DNA of 64,000 nucleotides from Burkholderiales bacterium (GCA_038216465.1 JBBQQC010000019.1:482-64481); one strand, 5' to 3'. Positions 9,020-18,924 are shown, numbered from the stretch's first letter. Numbers and translations are program-made. Notes: generated by a model from the sequence alone, not told the origin.

Positions 9020-9850
9020 TCAAACGAGGCCGCCTGCACTCGCCAGCGTACGAAGCTCGTCGTCGCTGAGCTGCGGGCCGTCGAGGGTCACGCGCTTTTC
9101 CTGCGTTTCGGAGGTCCGGAAGCGCGCGATCACTGGCTTCAGCTCAGGCTTGACGTGCGTGTCGCTGTATCCGTTGAACAGGTGGCCCAGCAGCCCGCGC
9201 TGCAGGTCGCTGGTGTTCAAAAACCAGTCGGCCACCGGGAACGTGAGGTTCATGTTGACGTGCATCATGATCCCCATGTTGTGATGTGCCGTATGGTGGC
9301 GCCGGATGGTGTTGATTAACGGTGCGTTGCGGACGAACCAGTTGTCACGCACGTGACAGCAGAAGTGGAATGTCTCGTAAACCATATAGTGGCCGATCAT
9401 GCCGATGAACACGATGTAGCCAGCGTTGGGATTGATCAACACGCTGGCGATCCAGCCGAACAAGAGCCCAAAAACAGCCAGAACAGCCAGTACACGCCAC
9501 GGGAAGAAGACGATCCGAAACTCGCGGATCGTGTTGATCGTCGCGTCGTTGTCGGTGAAATACTGATGGTGCTGCCGCGTGTGACGATCATAGATCGCGC
9601 GCAGCGCGTAGACGTCGATCAGGCGGTGCATCACGAACTTGTGCATGCCCCATTCGACGAAGTTGCCGCCGATCAGCACCGGTATTAGCAGTAGCCACTC
9701 CCAGCGTGCGCCCTGCAGGTGGCTTACGCAGTACCAGACCGCTGCAATTCCCGCCGTGTACATGACTCCGATGTGGACCAGCCCGCTATACCAGCGACTG
9801 ATTGCCGCCCGGTACTGCTCACGAAATTTGCGCTGGCGTTCGGTCATCAT
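9020..9850 (-). CDS. fatty acid hydroxylase / sterol desaturase superfamily membrane protein
   Basis: Histidine boxes HKFVMHR, HTRQHHQYF and HHTAHHN plus several hydrophobic helices. Start set at the MMTERQRKF... ATG pair (9850/9847) rather than the longer ORF. Confidence 0.75.
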   Translation of the reverse strand: MMTERQRKFREQYRAAISRWYSGLVHIGVMYTAGIAAVWYCVSHLQGARWEWLLLIPVLIGGNFVEWGMHKFVMHRLIDVYALRAIYDRHTRQHHQYFTDNDATINTIREFRIVFFPWRVLAVLAVFGLLFGWIASVLINPNAGYIVFIGMIGHYMVYETFHFCCHVRDNWFVRNAPLINTIRRHHTAHHNMGIMMHVNMNLTFPVADWFLNTSDLQRGLLGHLFNGYSDTHVKPELKPVIARFRTSETQEKRVTLDGPQLSDDELRTLASAGGLV

Positions 9851-9927
9851 CAAAAACCTCGTTGCTGGTACCCTCGATGACTGATATATTAGTTGTCGAT
9901 CACCGGCTGTGTCAATTAGGGGGATTC

Positions 9928-10833
9928 GTGGCTGAAGCGCCTGCAAGCACACTGAAAGCACCGGCTCCTACCCCTGCGCGCAAGAAGCGCACGCTGCAGG
10001 ATATCCGCGACTCAAAGACCTCCGGTGAAAAGATGGTCTACATGTCTGTGCCGGATTACACGTCGGCCAAGTGGGCCGAAATGGCGGGCGTCGATGTGGC
10101 GGTGCTGGGCGACAGTCTGGCGATGATCGCACACGGTCACTCGAGCACGATTCCGGCGACGATGGACATGATGGCGCTGCACGCGCAGGCGGTGCGCCGC
10201 GGCGCGCCGAATACGTTCGTGCTCGGCTGCATGCCTTATCAGAGCTACAACACGATTGATCGCGCGCTGACCAACGCGACGCGCTTCATGCAGGAAGGCG
10301 CGTGCGATGCGGTCAAGCCGCAGGGCGGAAAATCGCAGGCGAACATTCTGAAGGCGCTGGTCGACGCCGGCATCCCGACTGCATCGCATATCGGTATGAC
10401 CCCGCATACGGTCGCGATGTTCGGCGGCTTCAAGATCCAGGGCAAAACTGCGCAGACCGCGATGAAGATCCTGGAGGACGCGCTTGCGATACAGGATGCC
10501 GGCTGCTTCATGCTCGAATTCGAGGCAGTGCCGGCCAAGATCGCTGCCGTGATATCCAAGCAGCTCGAGATTCCAACGATCGGCATTGGCGCCGGCGCCG
10601 GGACCGACGGGCAGATTCTGTTGTGTTACGACCTGCTGGGTGTGTTCACCGATTTCAAGCCGAAGTTCACCAAGCGCTTTTCGAATCTGACCGAAGTCGC
10701 GGTCAAGGGTATTTCGCAATACATTGCCGAAGTAAAGGCGGGCACATTCCCCGACGACGACCACAGCTATGGCGTCGACGAGAAGGAATACGACAAGTTC
10801 GTAGCGTTGGTCGAGAAGCGCAAGCACCAATGA
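9928..10833 (+). CDS. panB: 3-methyl-2-oxobutanoate hydroxymethyltransferase (PanB family, probable paralog)
   Basis: ...MVYMSVPDYTSAKWAEMAGVDVAVLGDSLAMIAHGHSSTIP...GCMPYQSY...HIGMTPH...LEFEAVP...IGIGAG match PanB along its full length. GTG at 9928 is preceded by AGGGGGA, but the start is uncertain. Confidence 0.8.
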   Translation: MAEAPASTLKAPAPTPARKKRTLQDIRDSKTSGEKMVYMSVPDYTSAKWAEMAGVDVAVLGDSLAMIAHGHSSTIPATMDMMALHAQAVRRGAPNTFVLGCMPYQSYNTIDRALTNATRFMQEGACDAVKPQGGKSQANILKALVDAGIPTASHIGMTPHTVAMFGGFKIQGKTAQTAMKILEDALAIQDAGCFMLEFEAVPAKIAAVISKQLEIPTIGIGAGAGTDGQILLCYDLLGVFTDFKPKFTKRFSNLTEVAVKGISQYIAEVKAGTFPDDDHSYGVDEKEYDKFVALVEKRKHQ

Positions 10834-11507
10834 AGCGTGCGACCGCTCAGGAAGTTGCCATCGCGTCCACGCAAAGCCTGACCGACCGTGCCTATGCCGA
10901 GCTCGAAGAAATGATCGTGACGTTGCAGCTCGCTCCGGGCGCCGCCGTGTCCGAGGCCGAATTGTCCGGCCATCTTGGCATCGGCCGCACGCCGATCCGC
11001 GAAGCGTTGCAGCGGCTTGCGCGCGAGCGGCTCGTGATGATCCTGCCGCGGCGTGGCGTAATGGTGTCTGAGATCAATGTCGGCCGTCAGTTGCGATTGC
11101 ACGAAGTGCGGCGCGAGCTCGAGCGGCTGATCGCGCGCACGGCGGCGCGCCGGGCCACCGAGGAGCAGCGTGCGCGCTTTCGTGAACTGGCGCGCGACTT
11201 CGAAAAATCCGCGCGCGTCAACGACGACGTAGCGTTCATGCGCACCGACCGCGAATTCAATTTGCTGTGTTCGAGCGCGGCGCATAACGAATTTGCGGCC
11301 GGCGCGATGGGTCTGATGCACGGATTGTCGCGACGTTTCTGGTACCACCACTACAAGCAGGCCGCCGATATGCCGGCGACCGCCAAGCTGCATGCCGATA
11401 TCGCACGTGCGATTGCGGACAACGACGATGAGCGCGCTGCTAACGCGAGCGATAAGCTGCTCGATACGATCGAGAAGTTCACGCGCGACACGGTAGGCCC
11501 GCAGTAA
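10830..11507 (+). CDS. GntR/FadR family transcriptional regulator
   Basis: MKRATAQEV...LTDRAYAELEEMIVTLQLAPGAAVSEAELSGHLGIGRTPIREALQRLARERLV is a winged-helix GntR HTH, followed by an all-helical FCD-type domain. The ATG overlaps the panB stop (ATGA). Confidence 0.85.
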   Translation: MKRATAQEVAIASTQSLTDRAYAELEEMIVTLQLAPGAAVSEAELSGHLGIGRTPIREALQRLARERLVMILPRRGVMVSEINVGRQLRLHEVRRELERLIARTAARRATEEQRARFRELARDFEKSARVNDDVAFMRTDREFNLLCSSAAHNEFAAGAMGLMHGLSRRFWYHHYKQAADMPATAKLHADIARAIADNDDERAANASDKLLDTIEKFTRDTVGPQ

Positions 11508-11540
11508 CCCCCGCACTCGCCATTGCGCGAAAGGAACCCG

Positions 11541-12005
11541 ATGACTCCCGAAGACGCCGTTGCCGAAGCCCGCAGCGAGAATAGCGAACGCAAGCATCAA
11601 ACGGCCGAGTATGTGCATCGCGACGAGCGCGAATGGGAAACGATCCGGTGGCCCGGGCAGACCGGCAAGATGCTATTTCATCCGCGGCCCGAGCGGCTGA
11701 CCGAACCGAATGCGGGCATCGTTCGCTACGAGGCGGGCGGCCATCATCCCTTGCATCATCACGAGTTTGCGCAGGTCTGGTACATACTTTCCGGCGAGTT
11801 CACGATCGGTGGCAAGCAGTACGGCCCCGGAACGATGGTGTTCTATCCTGATCCTCACTATGAAGACGAGCTTTCAACAGCCACCGGCGGTGAGATGCTT
11901 TTCGTTCAATACCCGGGCCCGACGACTGGCGGGCGGCCGATTTACGACGGCCGATTCAATATGGTCACGCGCCAGGCCGTCGACGCCGAGCGAACCGACA
12001 TTTAG
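11541..12005 (+). CDS. cupin domain protein
   Basis: GGHHPLHHHEFAQVWYILSGEF...G..GPGTMVFYP is a two-motif cupin signature. AAAGGA lies upstream of the ATG at 11541. Confidence 0.7.
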   Translation: MTPEDAVAEARSENSERKHQTAEYVHRDEREWETIRWPGQTGKMLFHPRPERLTEPNAGIVRYEAGGHHPLHHHEFAQVWYILSGEFTIGGKQYGPGTMVFYPDPHYEDELSTATGGEMLFVQYPGPTTGGRPIYDGRFNMVTRQAVDAERTDI

Positions 12006-12042
12006 CTTGAATTGCGTTTAACTACAACAGGAGACCCACGCC

Positions 12043-13323
12043 ATGCAAAACAATCGCAGAAAGCTGCTGAAGGCCATCGGTGGCGCCGGCGCGGCCGCTG
12101 CAGCGCAACCGTATCTGAGCTTTCCCGCGATCGCGCAGAACGCGCCGCTGCGTGTCGGCATCATTGCCCCGAAATCAGGAATCGTCGGGACCATTGGCGA
12201 ATGCGGGCTGCGCGGCACCCAGTTCGCAGTTGAGCGCATCAACGCGGCTGGTGGTATCGCCGGCCGCAAGGTGGAAATAGTCGTCGAGGAGGAAACGAAC
12301 CCGAAGGATTCGATCGAGCGTCTGCGCAAGCTGGTGCTGCAGGACAAGGTCGATTGCGTGCAGGGCATCGTGTCATCCGGGGTCAGCCTCGCGATGGGCG
12401 CGGTGGCTGAGGAAATGAAAGCGCTGACGATTTTTTGGGACGGTACGACGCAGGACGGCGTCAAGGAAACGATGCTCAATCCTCGCTACATCTTTCGTAG
12501 CACCGATAACGAATGCGAGGCCGTGATGGCGTCGCTGCTGGCGATTAAATACTGGAAGGGACAGTTCACAACGGTCGCTGGCATCAATCCTGATTACTCG
12601 TACGGCCGCAACAATATGGCCGCATTCCAGGCGCTGCTGAAGAAATTCAATGTCGATGCAAAGATCGTGGCGGACCAATGGCCAAAGGTCGGAACGCTCG
12701 ACCTGACCACGCACGTCGCGGCGTTGAAGGCGGCAAAGCCGGATCTCGTGTTTTCGTCACTGCTGTTTGCCGATCTGCCGATTTTCATGCGTACTGCGCA
12801 CGGCGCCGGCCTGATGGATGGCAAGACCAAGTTCGTATTCCCCGGCGCAGGCTTCCAGCACACGCTGCTAAAAAAAGAGTTCACTCCGGAGGGAATGATT
12901 TTCGGTCACAACACGCTGTACTTCGCCAGTGCGGATGCCAGCCCGCTGCAGAGGCTGTTTGTGAAGCAGTACGAGGAACGGTACAAGGACTATCCGCACT
13001 GGGAGGCTGACCGCGCTTATTTCGCGATGCAGGTTTACAAAGCAGGCGTCGAGGCGGCGTACAAGGCGAAGAACGCGTGGCCGGGCAAGGAGGACGTGAT
13101 CAGCGCAATGGAAGGCGTCAAGATCGAGTCGCTCGGCGGCCCGGGCCATATGCGCAAAGACCATATTGCCGAGCAAACCTTCTATCAGGGATTAACGACG
13201 CACAAAAACCGCTACGACTTTGCAACCCTAGGCCAGGTCGATCGCATGTACTCGGACCAGTTGCAAAAACCCACCGGCACCGACTTCTGGAAGTGGATCG
13301 AAACGGCTCAGATAAAACTTTGA
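12043..13323 (+). CDS. ABC transporter periplasmic substrate-binding protein (Liv/amide-urea type) with a Tat-like signal
   Basis: MQNNRRKLLKAIGGAGAAAAAQPYLSFPAIAQNAPLRVGIIAPKSG: twin-arginine-like leader followed by the type-I PBP start typical of LivK-like binding proteins. Confidence 0.85.
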   Translation: MQNNRRKLLKAIGGAGAAAAAQPYLSFPAIAQNAPLRVGIIAPKSGIVGTIGECGLRGTQFAVERINAAGGIAGRKVEIVVEEETNPKDSIERLRKLVLQDKVDCVQGIVSSGVSLAMGAVAEEMKALTIFWDGTTQDGVKETMLNPRYIFRSTDNECEAVMASLLAIKYWKGQFTTVAGINPDYSYGRNNMAAFQALLKKFNVDAKIVADQWPKVGTLDLTTHVAALKAAKPDLVFSSLLFADLPIFMRTAHGAGLMDGKTKFVFPGAGFQHTLLKKEFTPEGMIFGHNTLYFASADASPLQRLFVKQYEERYKDYPHWEADRAYFAMQVYKAGVEAAYKAKNAWPGKEDVISAMEGVKIESLGGPGHMRKDHIAEQTFYQGLTTHKNRYDFATLGQVDRMYSDQLQKPTGTDFWKWIETAQIKL

Positions 13324-13330
13324 GCCGGCG

Positions 13331-14212
13331 TTGACCGCCTTCTTTGACATCCTGCTCGGCGGCGTTTTTCACGCCGCCGTTCTTTTTTTGGTGGCTGCCG
13401 GACTGCAGCTGGTGTTCGGGGTGCAGAAGATCGTCAATCTGGCGTGCGGCTCGTTCTACGCACTGGGTGCCTATTTCGGTATCAGCAGCGTCAACTGGGC
13501 GTTGGCGGCAGGCATGCCGCCGTGGATGTTCCTTCCGGTGCTGATCGTCTCGGGCATCGTGCTCGGCGCGATCGGCCCGGCGATCGAAGCACTGTTGCGC
13601 ACGATCTACGCACGCGACGAGGCGTTTCAATTGTTGCTGACGTTCGCGCTGGTGCTGATGTTTCAGGACGTACTCCGCTTTTTCTGGGGACCGAATCCGC
13701 AGCAGCTAGGCAACCTTGCGACCCAGTACGGCCGGCTGTCGATCGGCACATTCTCGGTGTCGACCTACAACCTGCTGGTGATCACGGCGAGCATTCTGAT
13801 TGCCGTCGGCATCGGTGCCTTTCTGCAACGCACGCGCTTCGGCCGCATTCTTCGCGCGACCGCCGAAAATCGCGAGATGAGCCAGTCGCTCGGCGTCAAC
13901 GTACGCTGGATGTACACCAGCGTGTTCACGCTGGGAACGATTCTCGGTACGGTCGGCGGCGCGCTGGTGGTTCCGACGGCGGCCGCGTCGCTCGACATGC
14001 CGGTCGAGCTGGTGGTCGAAGCATTTGCCGTGGTCGTGATCGGCGGTCTGGGCAGCATGCGTGGCGCACTGGCCGGAGCGCTGATCGTCGGGCTGATGCG
14101 CGCTGCGGCGATCACGTTTTACGCCGAGCTTGAAATCCTCGCGATCTATCTGGTCGTAATCGTCGTGCTGATTGCTCGTCCGGCCGGCTTGTTTGGGAAG
14201 CCGATCGAATGA
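13331..14212 (+). CDS. branched-chain-amino-acid-type ABC transporter permease (LivH family)
   Basis: Polytopic membrane protein with LivH-like segments (VNLACGSFYALGAY, RATAENREMSQSLGVNV, IGGLGSMRGAL). TTG start at 13331. Confidence 0.85.
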   Translation: MTAFFDILLGGVFHAAVLFLVAAGLQLVFGVQKIVNLACGSFYALGAYFGISSVNWALAAGMPPWMFLPVLIVSGIVLGAIGPAIEALLRTIYARDEAFQLLLTFALVLMFQDVLRFFWGPNPQQLGNLATQYGRLSIGTFSVSTYNLLVITASILIAVGIGAFLQRTRFGRILRATAENREMSQSLGVNVRWMYTSVFTLGTILGTVGGALVVPTAAASLDMPVELVVEAFAVVVIGGLGSMRGALAGALIVGLMRAAAITFYAELEILAIYLVVIVVLIARPAGLFGKPIE

Positions 14213-15237
14213 GTGTGAGCGGCGTCGCCACATCCGCAGCGGACGCCAGGCAGTCGCGTGCGGACCGGCGGCGCCGACTCTCTGCGCTGCTTGTGATCGT
14301 GAGCGCGGCTTTGATCGTGCTCGCGGCGTTCCCGCAATTCGCCCAGCCCTACTACGTCACGCTGGTGCTGCCGGCACTTGCGTACGCGATCGCACTGCTG
14401 GGATTCAATTTGCTGTTCGGTTACACCGGCCTGCTGTCGTTCGGGCACGCCTTGTTCGTGGCGTTAGGTGCGTACGGCGCCGCGGTGCTGTCCAGCAAGC
14501 TCGGCATTAAAAGCTTTGAAGTGATCTTGCTCGTCTCGGGGCTGACCGCAGTAGTGGTGGCGATTCCCGTCGGACTACTCGCGGTGAGGTACGTGAGGAT
14601 TTTCTTCGGCATCCTGACACTGGCATTCGGCATGTTGTTTCATTCGTTTTTGTTCAAGTTCTACGACCTGACCGGCGGTGACACCGGCATTCGAGTGCTG
14701 CGCCCGTCGCTGTTCGGCACCGAGTTCGGCGAGCTGGATAAGACGGCGTTTCTGATCGGGCCGTTTTATTACTACTGCCTGGTGCTGCTGGTGGTGCTCG
14801 GATTCGTGATGTGGCGCATCGTGCATTCGCCGTTCGGTCTTCATCTGGTCGCCATCCGCGAGAATCCGCGCAAGGCGGAGTATCTAGGCGTACGTGTGCG
14901 GCTGTTTCGACTTTTGGCGGTCCTGATCTCTGCCTTCTACTGCGCGGTGGGTGGTGTGATCCTCGCCATCAATATCGGTCAGGCCGATCCCGAGACAGCC
15001 TACTGGACGCATTCGGGCGAGCTGGTATTCATGACCGTGCTGGGGGGTTTTGCCAACTTCTTCGGTCCGCTGGTAGGCGCCTTCGTATTCATCTTCCTCA
15101 AATCAGAGCTGATGTCGGCTACGCAGTACTGGCGTTTCTTTCTCGGCGTCACGCTGGCGCTGATCGTGATCCTGTTTCCACGCGGCGTGATGGGCGTCGG
15201 CCAGGACCTGTGGGTGCGCCTCCGCTACAGACGATGA
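14209..15237 (+). CDS. branched-chain-amino-acid-type ABC transporter permease (LivM family)
   Basis: GYTGLLSFGHALFVALGAY, AIRENPRKAEYLGV and LGGFANFFGPLVGA. The ATG overlaps the upstream stop (ATGA). Confidence 0.85.
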   Translation: MSVSGVATSAADARQSRADRRRRLSALLVIVSAALIVLAAFPQFAQPYYVTLVLPALAYAIALLGFNLLFGYTGLLSFGHALFVALGAYGAAVLSSKLGIKSFEVILLVSGLTAVVVAIPVGLLAVRYVRIFFGILTLAFGMLFHSFLFKFYDLTGGDTGIRVLRPSLFGTEFGELDKTAFLIGPFYYYCLVLLVVLGFVMWRIVHSPFGLHLVAIRENPRKAEYLGVRVRLFRLLAVLISAFYCAVGGVILAINIGQADPETAYWTHSGELVFMTVLGGFANFFGPLVGAFVFIFLKSELMSATQYWRFFLGVTLALIVILFPRGVMGVGQDLWVRLRYRR

Positions 15238-16013
15238 CGGCTTTGATCGAAACTGTCGGTGTTAGCAAAGCGTACGGCAGCTTCGTCGCCCTCGATGACA
15301 TTTCGTTGGCCGTGGCGCGTGGCGAGCTGGTGTCTATCGTCGGCCCCAATGGCGCAGGAAAAACGACGCTCGTGAACGTCCTTACCGGACTGCTGAAGCC
15401 AACGTCCGGATTGGTTCGCTTCAAAGGCGAGGATATTGCCGGCATCGGACCGGTCGCGTTAGCGAAGCGCGGTATGGCGCGCGCGTTTCAGCTCGTGCAC
15501 ATCTTTCCGGTGATGACGGTCGCGCAGACGATCGGTGTTGCCATTGTGTCGCAATCGTCGAAGAGTCTGAGCTTGTTCGCCTCGGTCGCCAGTGACGCGG
15601 CGCTTCGCGCCCGAGTGCGCGAGGTTGCAGCAATATTCGGGCTCGATACCAAGCTTGAGACCGAGTCGCGGCTGTTGTCGCAGGGCGAAAAAAAGCTGCT
15701 CGATATCGCCAGTGCATTCGCGCTGGCGCCTGAAGTGATTCTGCTCGACGAGCCGACCAGTGGCGTGTCGAGCGGCGACAAGCACGGCATCATGCGCACG
15801 CTGATCGAAGCGGCAAAGCAAGCGGGCGTGCAGGCGATCATTTTGGTCGAGCACGACATGAGTTTGGTGGCCGAGTATTCGACTCGCATCGTTGCGCTGA
15901 AAGAGGGTAGGGTGTTGGCGGATCGTCCTGCGGACCGGTTCTTCAACGACCCCGAAATGGTCGCGGCGGTGGTTGGCAAGCTGACCGCCAAATTGTCACG
16001 CCGAGCCGCCTGA
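15234..16013 (+). CDS. ABC transporter ATP-binding protein (LivG family)
   Basis: MTALIETVGVSKAYGSFVALDDISLAVARGELVSIVGPNGAGKTTLVN, LSQGEKKLLDIA and ILLDEPTSG. The ATG overlaps the upstream stop. The 5' 420 nt of the tracked ORF (14811-15233) is a spurious extension. Confidence 0.9.
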   Translation: MTALIETVGVSKAYGSFVALDDISLAVARGELVSIVGPNGAGKTTLVNVLTGLLKPTSGLVRFKGEDIAGIGPVALAKRGMARAFQLVHIFPVMTVAQTIGVAIVSQSSKSLSLFASVASDAALRARVREVAAIFGLDTKLETESRLLSQGEKKLLDIASAFALAPEVILLDEPTSGVSSGDKHGIMRTLIEAAKQAGVQAIILVEHDMSLVAEYSTRIVALKEGRVLADRPADRFFNDPEMVAAVVGKLTAKLSRRAA

Positions 16014-16720
16014 TGCTTGCGCTCGACCAGCTGGTCGTCGACATTCAAAACAGCCGCATTCTGCGTGGCATCTCGCTACGGGTAGTGGCCGGCGAGTTGG
16101 TATGTCTGATCGGGCGCAACGGCGCCGGCAAGACGACCACGTTTCGCACGATCATGGGGCTGCTGACACCACTGTCGGGAACCATCAGACTGCAGAACAC
16201 TTCGATCGTCGGGCTGCCGACGCACAAGATTGCACAGCTGGGCGTGGGCTATGCGCCGGAAGAAAGCCAGGTGTTCGGCGATCTGAACGTCGCCGAGAAC
16301 ATCGAGTTGCCTACGTGGACGCGTCCGCAGGGGCGCGACCCAAAAACGCGTATCGCGATGGCGTACGAAATCTTTCCGAAGCTGCGCGACTACGCTGCAC
16401 GCGGTGGTAGCCAGTTATCTGGCGGCGAGCGCAAGATGGTGTCTATCGCGCGGGCGCTGACGCTAGACGCCGAATTGCTGCTGCTCGACGAGCCTTTCGA
16501 AGGGCTGTCGCCGGCGATCATTCCGAGCATCAGTGACGGCATCGCATCGATCCGTAGCCGGGGGCACGGGATTCTGATGGCGGAGTCGAACGTTCACCAT
16601 ATTCCCGATTACGCGGACCGCTTGTATGTTCTGGAGCGTGGTGAGATTATTTTTGCGGGAACACCGGCCGATGCCCAAGCTTCATCCGAGGTGATGGACA
16701 TCATCAGCGGGGCAGCCTGA
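16013..16720 (+). CDS. ABC transporter ATP-binding protein (LivF family)
   Basis: GRNGAGKTTTFRTIMG, LSGGERKMVSIARAL and LLLDEPFEGLSP. The start overlaps the upstream stop by 1 nt (TGATG). Confidence 0.9.
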   Translation: MLALDQLVVDIQNSRILRGISLRVVAGELVCLIGRNGAGKTTTFRTIMGLLTPLSGTIRLQNTSIVGLPTHKIAQLGVGYAPEESQVFGDLNVAENIELPTWTRPQGRDPKTRIAMAYEIFPKLRDYAARGGSQLSGGERKMVSIARALTLDAELLLLDEPFEGLSPAIIPSISDGIASIRSRGHGILMAESNVHHIPDYADRLYVLERGEIIFAGTPADAQASSEVMDIISGAA

Positions 16721-16740
16721 CAATGGCCTTGGGAACATAG

Positions 16741-17601
16741 ATGCCAAAAATTCTGAGCGAGTCACAAATCGAACGGTTCTGGCGCGACGGCTGCGTGTTT
16801 CCGATTCGCGTGATGCCCGAAGCCGATGCACTAGAGATCCGCAGCCGGCTGGAGCGCTACGAGCAGAAATCCGGAGGTCCGCTGGCGGGGGACCTGCGGC
16901 ACAAGACGCATCTGCTTTTTTCGTGGCTGGCAGACCTCGTTCGCAACGATCGCATTGTCGATGCGATCGAAGATTTATACGGGCCTCATCTATTGTGCTG
17001 GACCACCAATTTTTTCATCAAGGAAGCCCGCAACCCGGCGTTCGTCTCATGGCATCAGGATTCAACCTATTGGGGGTTGAGCAAGCCCGACGTCGTCACT
17101 GCGTGGGTCGCGCTGACACCGAGCAACGCAAGCAACGGAGCGATGACGTTCATTCCGGGCACGCACCTGTCGGATCAGCTCGAACATCGCGATACGTTCG
17201 CGAAGAACAATCTACTAACGCGTGGGCAGGAGGTCGCGGTCGACGTCGACGAGTCGAAGGCGGTGACAATCGAGCTACAGCCGGGCGAGATTTCGCTGCA
17301 CCATGTTCGCCTCGTCCACGGTTCGCCGGCTAATCCGTCGAACGATCGCCGCATCGGGTTTGCGATTCGCTACGTCCCGACCAGCGTCTCGCAGATCGCG
17401 GGCGATGACAGCGCGACGCTCGTGCGCGGCGTCGACACCTACCATCATTTCGAACCCGAACCGCGTCCGACCTTCGACATGGAGCCGGATTTCGTGGCGT
17501 TGCACCGCGTGATCACCGAGAGAAACGCGCGAATTCTGTACCGCGGCACGCAAGTCAAGAGCTACAACGACCCGATAGCGCGGCCCGGCCGTGCGGCCTG
17601 A
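16741..17601 (+). CDS. phytanoyl-CoA dioxygenase (PhyH) family Fe(II)/2-oxoglutarate oxygenase
   Basis: MPKILSESQIERFWRDGCVFPIRV..., WHQDSTYWG (HxD) and a distal HHVRLVHGS histidine, the typical PhyH layout. Confidence 0.8.
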   Translation: MPKILSESQIERFWRDGCVFPIRVMPEADALEIRSRLERYEQKSGGPLAGDLRHKTHLLFSWLADLVRNDRIVDAIEDLYGPHLLCWTTNFFIKEARNPAFVSWHQDSTYWGLSKPDVVTAWVALTPSNASNGAMTFIPGTHLSDQLEHRDTFAKNNLLTRGQEVAVDVDESKAVTIELQPGEISLHHVRLVHGSPANPSNDRRIGFAIRYVPTSVSQIAGDDSATLVRGVDTYHHFEPEPRPTFDMEPDFVALHRVITERNARILYRGTQVKSYNDPIARPGRAA

Positions 17602-18181
17602 TTCGAACACGCATAGAGCACGCTGGGCGGCGGCGATGCTCTGTGTCGCGACCGCCGCAATTGGCAGCAGGGCGCTTGCAGTGGAGCCCGCCACCGAAGC
17701 CGGCGTCCGGTCGGACATCGTGGTGCGCGCGCTGACCCTGGTCGACACGCCGTATCGCTATGGCGGATCAACACCCGCAAGCGGATTCGATTGCAGCGGG
17801 CTGGTGCGCTACGTTTACAACTCGGTGGCAGGGCGGCAATTGCCGCGGCGCTCGGAAGACATCGGCAAAGTAGGCGCGTCGATCGACCGTTCGCAACTCG
17901 AGCCGGGTGACCTCGTGTTTTTCAACACCCTGGCGCGGGCGTTTTCGCACGTGGCGATTTATATAGGGGACGGGCGTTTCCTGCACGCGCCCGCGCGCAA
18001 TGGCCGCGTACGAATCGAAGGGCTCGACGATCACTACTGGCGTGCGCGTTTCGACGGCGCTCGCCGGATTCTTGAACCCGAATCCACAGCACTGCGCGTT
18101 TCGACTGAATCCGGCTCCACGAAGCCGCGCTCCTCACCGCAGTTCCCCGGCGACGAGGCACCGGACCTAATAAAGCCTTGA
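17591..18181 (+). CDS. NlpC/P60 (C40) family cell-wall peptidase, secreted
   Basis: Signal-like N-terminus, then YRYGGSTPASGFDCSGLVRYVY...PGDLVFF...HVAIYIGDGRFLHAP, the catalytic Cys/His arrangement of NlpC/P60. Confidence 0.8.
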   Translation: MRPDSNTHRARWAAAMLCVATAAIGSRALAVEPATEAGVRSDIVVRALTLVDTPYRYGGSTPASGFDCSGLVRYVYNSVAGRQLPRRSEDIGKVGASIDRSQLEPGDLVFFNTLARAFSHVAIYIGDGRFLHAPARNGRVRIEGLDDHYWRARFDGARRILEPESTALRVSTESGSTKPRSSPQFPGDEAPDLIKP

Positions 18182-18360
18182 TTTGCTTCGATGGGCGAGG
18201 CCGGCGCCGAGCAGTGGGCAAACGGCATCGCCTCGGTTCGTCTACTGCGTTCGAACGGTCAGCATCCAATCACGCGACCGGCCCGTATCCCCACAGCACG
18301 GCAGCATCCACAGCACACTGGGCGCCATGGCCGCTGCACCTCACTCAACGGGAGAAAATA

Positions 18361-18912
18361 ATGCAGACGAAAAAACTTGCCGGGCTGGCGGTAGCCTTGG
18401 CGCTATCTGTAACCACGGTCGCCACGCTGGCTCAAGTCACGGTCGGTGGCGCGCCGATGTACGCGAACAAGGACATTATCGACAACGCAGTCAATTCAAA
18501 AGATCACACAACGCTGGTGGCCGCCGTAAAGGCTGCCGGCCTGGTTGACACGCTGAAGGGTCCCGGACCGTTCACGGTGTTCGCTCCGACCAACACGGCG
18601 TTCGCCGGGTTGCCGGCTGGCACAGTCGACACCTTGCTGAAGCCGGAAAACAAAGGACAGCTGACCAAAGTTCTGACGTATCACGTCGTACCCGGCAAGA
18701 TGAACGCGGCCGAGCTGATGAAGCAGATCGACGCGGGCGGTGGGAAGGCAACGCTAAAAACCGCGGCCGGCGGCACGCTGACGGCGACTGCCAGCGGCAA
18801 GACGGTTAGCGTAACAGACGAAAGTGGTGGCACCTCCAAGGTGACGATCGCTGACGTCAACCAGTCGAACGGCGTGATTCACGTCGTCGACAAAGTCCTG
18901 CTCCCAAATTAA
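18361..18912 (+). CDS. fasciclin (FAS1) domain protein, secreted
   Basis: MQTKKLAGLAVALALSVTTVATLA signal, then TLVAAVKAAGLVDTLKGPGPFTVFAPTNTAFAGLPAGT...VIHVVDKVLLP, a textbook FAS1 domain. GGGAGAAAA lies upstream of the ATG. Confidence 0.8.
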   Translation: MQTKKLAGLAVALALSVTTVATLAQVTVGGAPMYANKDIIDNAVNSKDHTTLVAAVKAAGLVDTLKGPGPFTVFAPTNTAFAGLPAGTVDTLLKPENKGQLTKVLTYHVVPGKMNAAELMKQIDAGGGKATLKTAAGGTLTATASGKTVSVTDESGGTSKVTIADVNQSNGVIHVVDKVLLPN

Positions 18913-18924
18913 TTTCGCAGCAAC

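Noticed and set aside
10302-10829. Long N-terminal extension of the GntR ORF (tracked from 10302), and likewise 14811-15233 for the LivG-like ORF
   Set aside because: The extensions lie inside panB and the LivM-like gene in another frame and translate to Arg-rich nonsense. Recognisable protein sequence begins at the ATGs that overlap the upstream stop codons.
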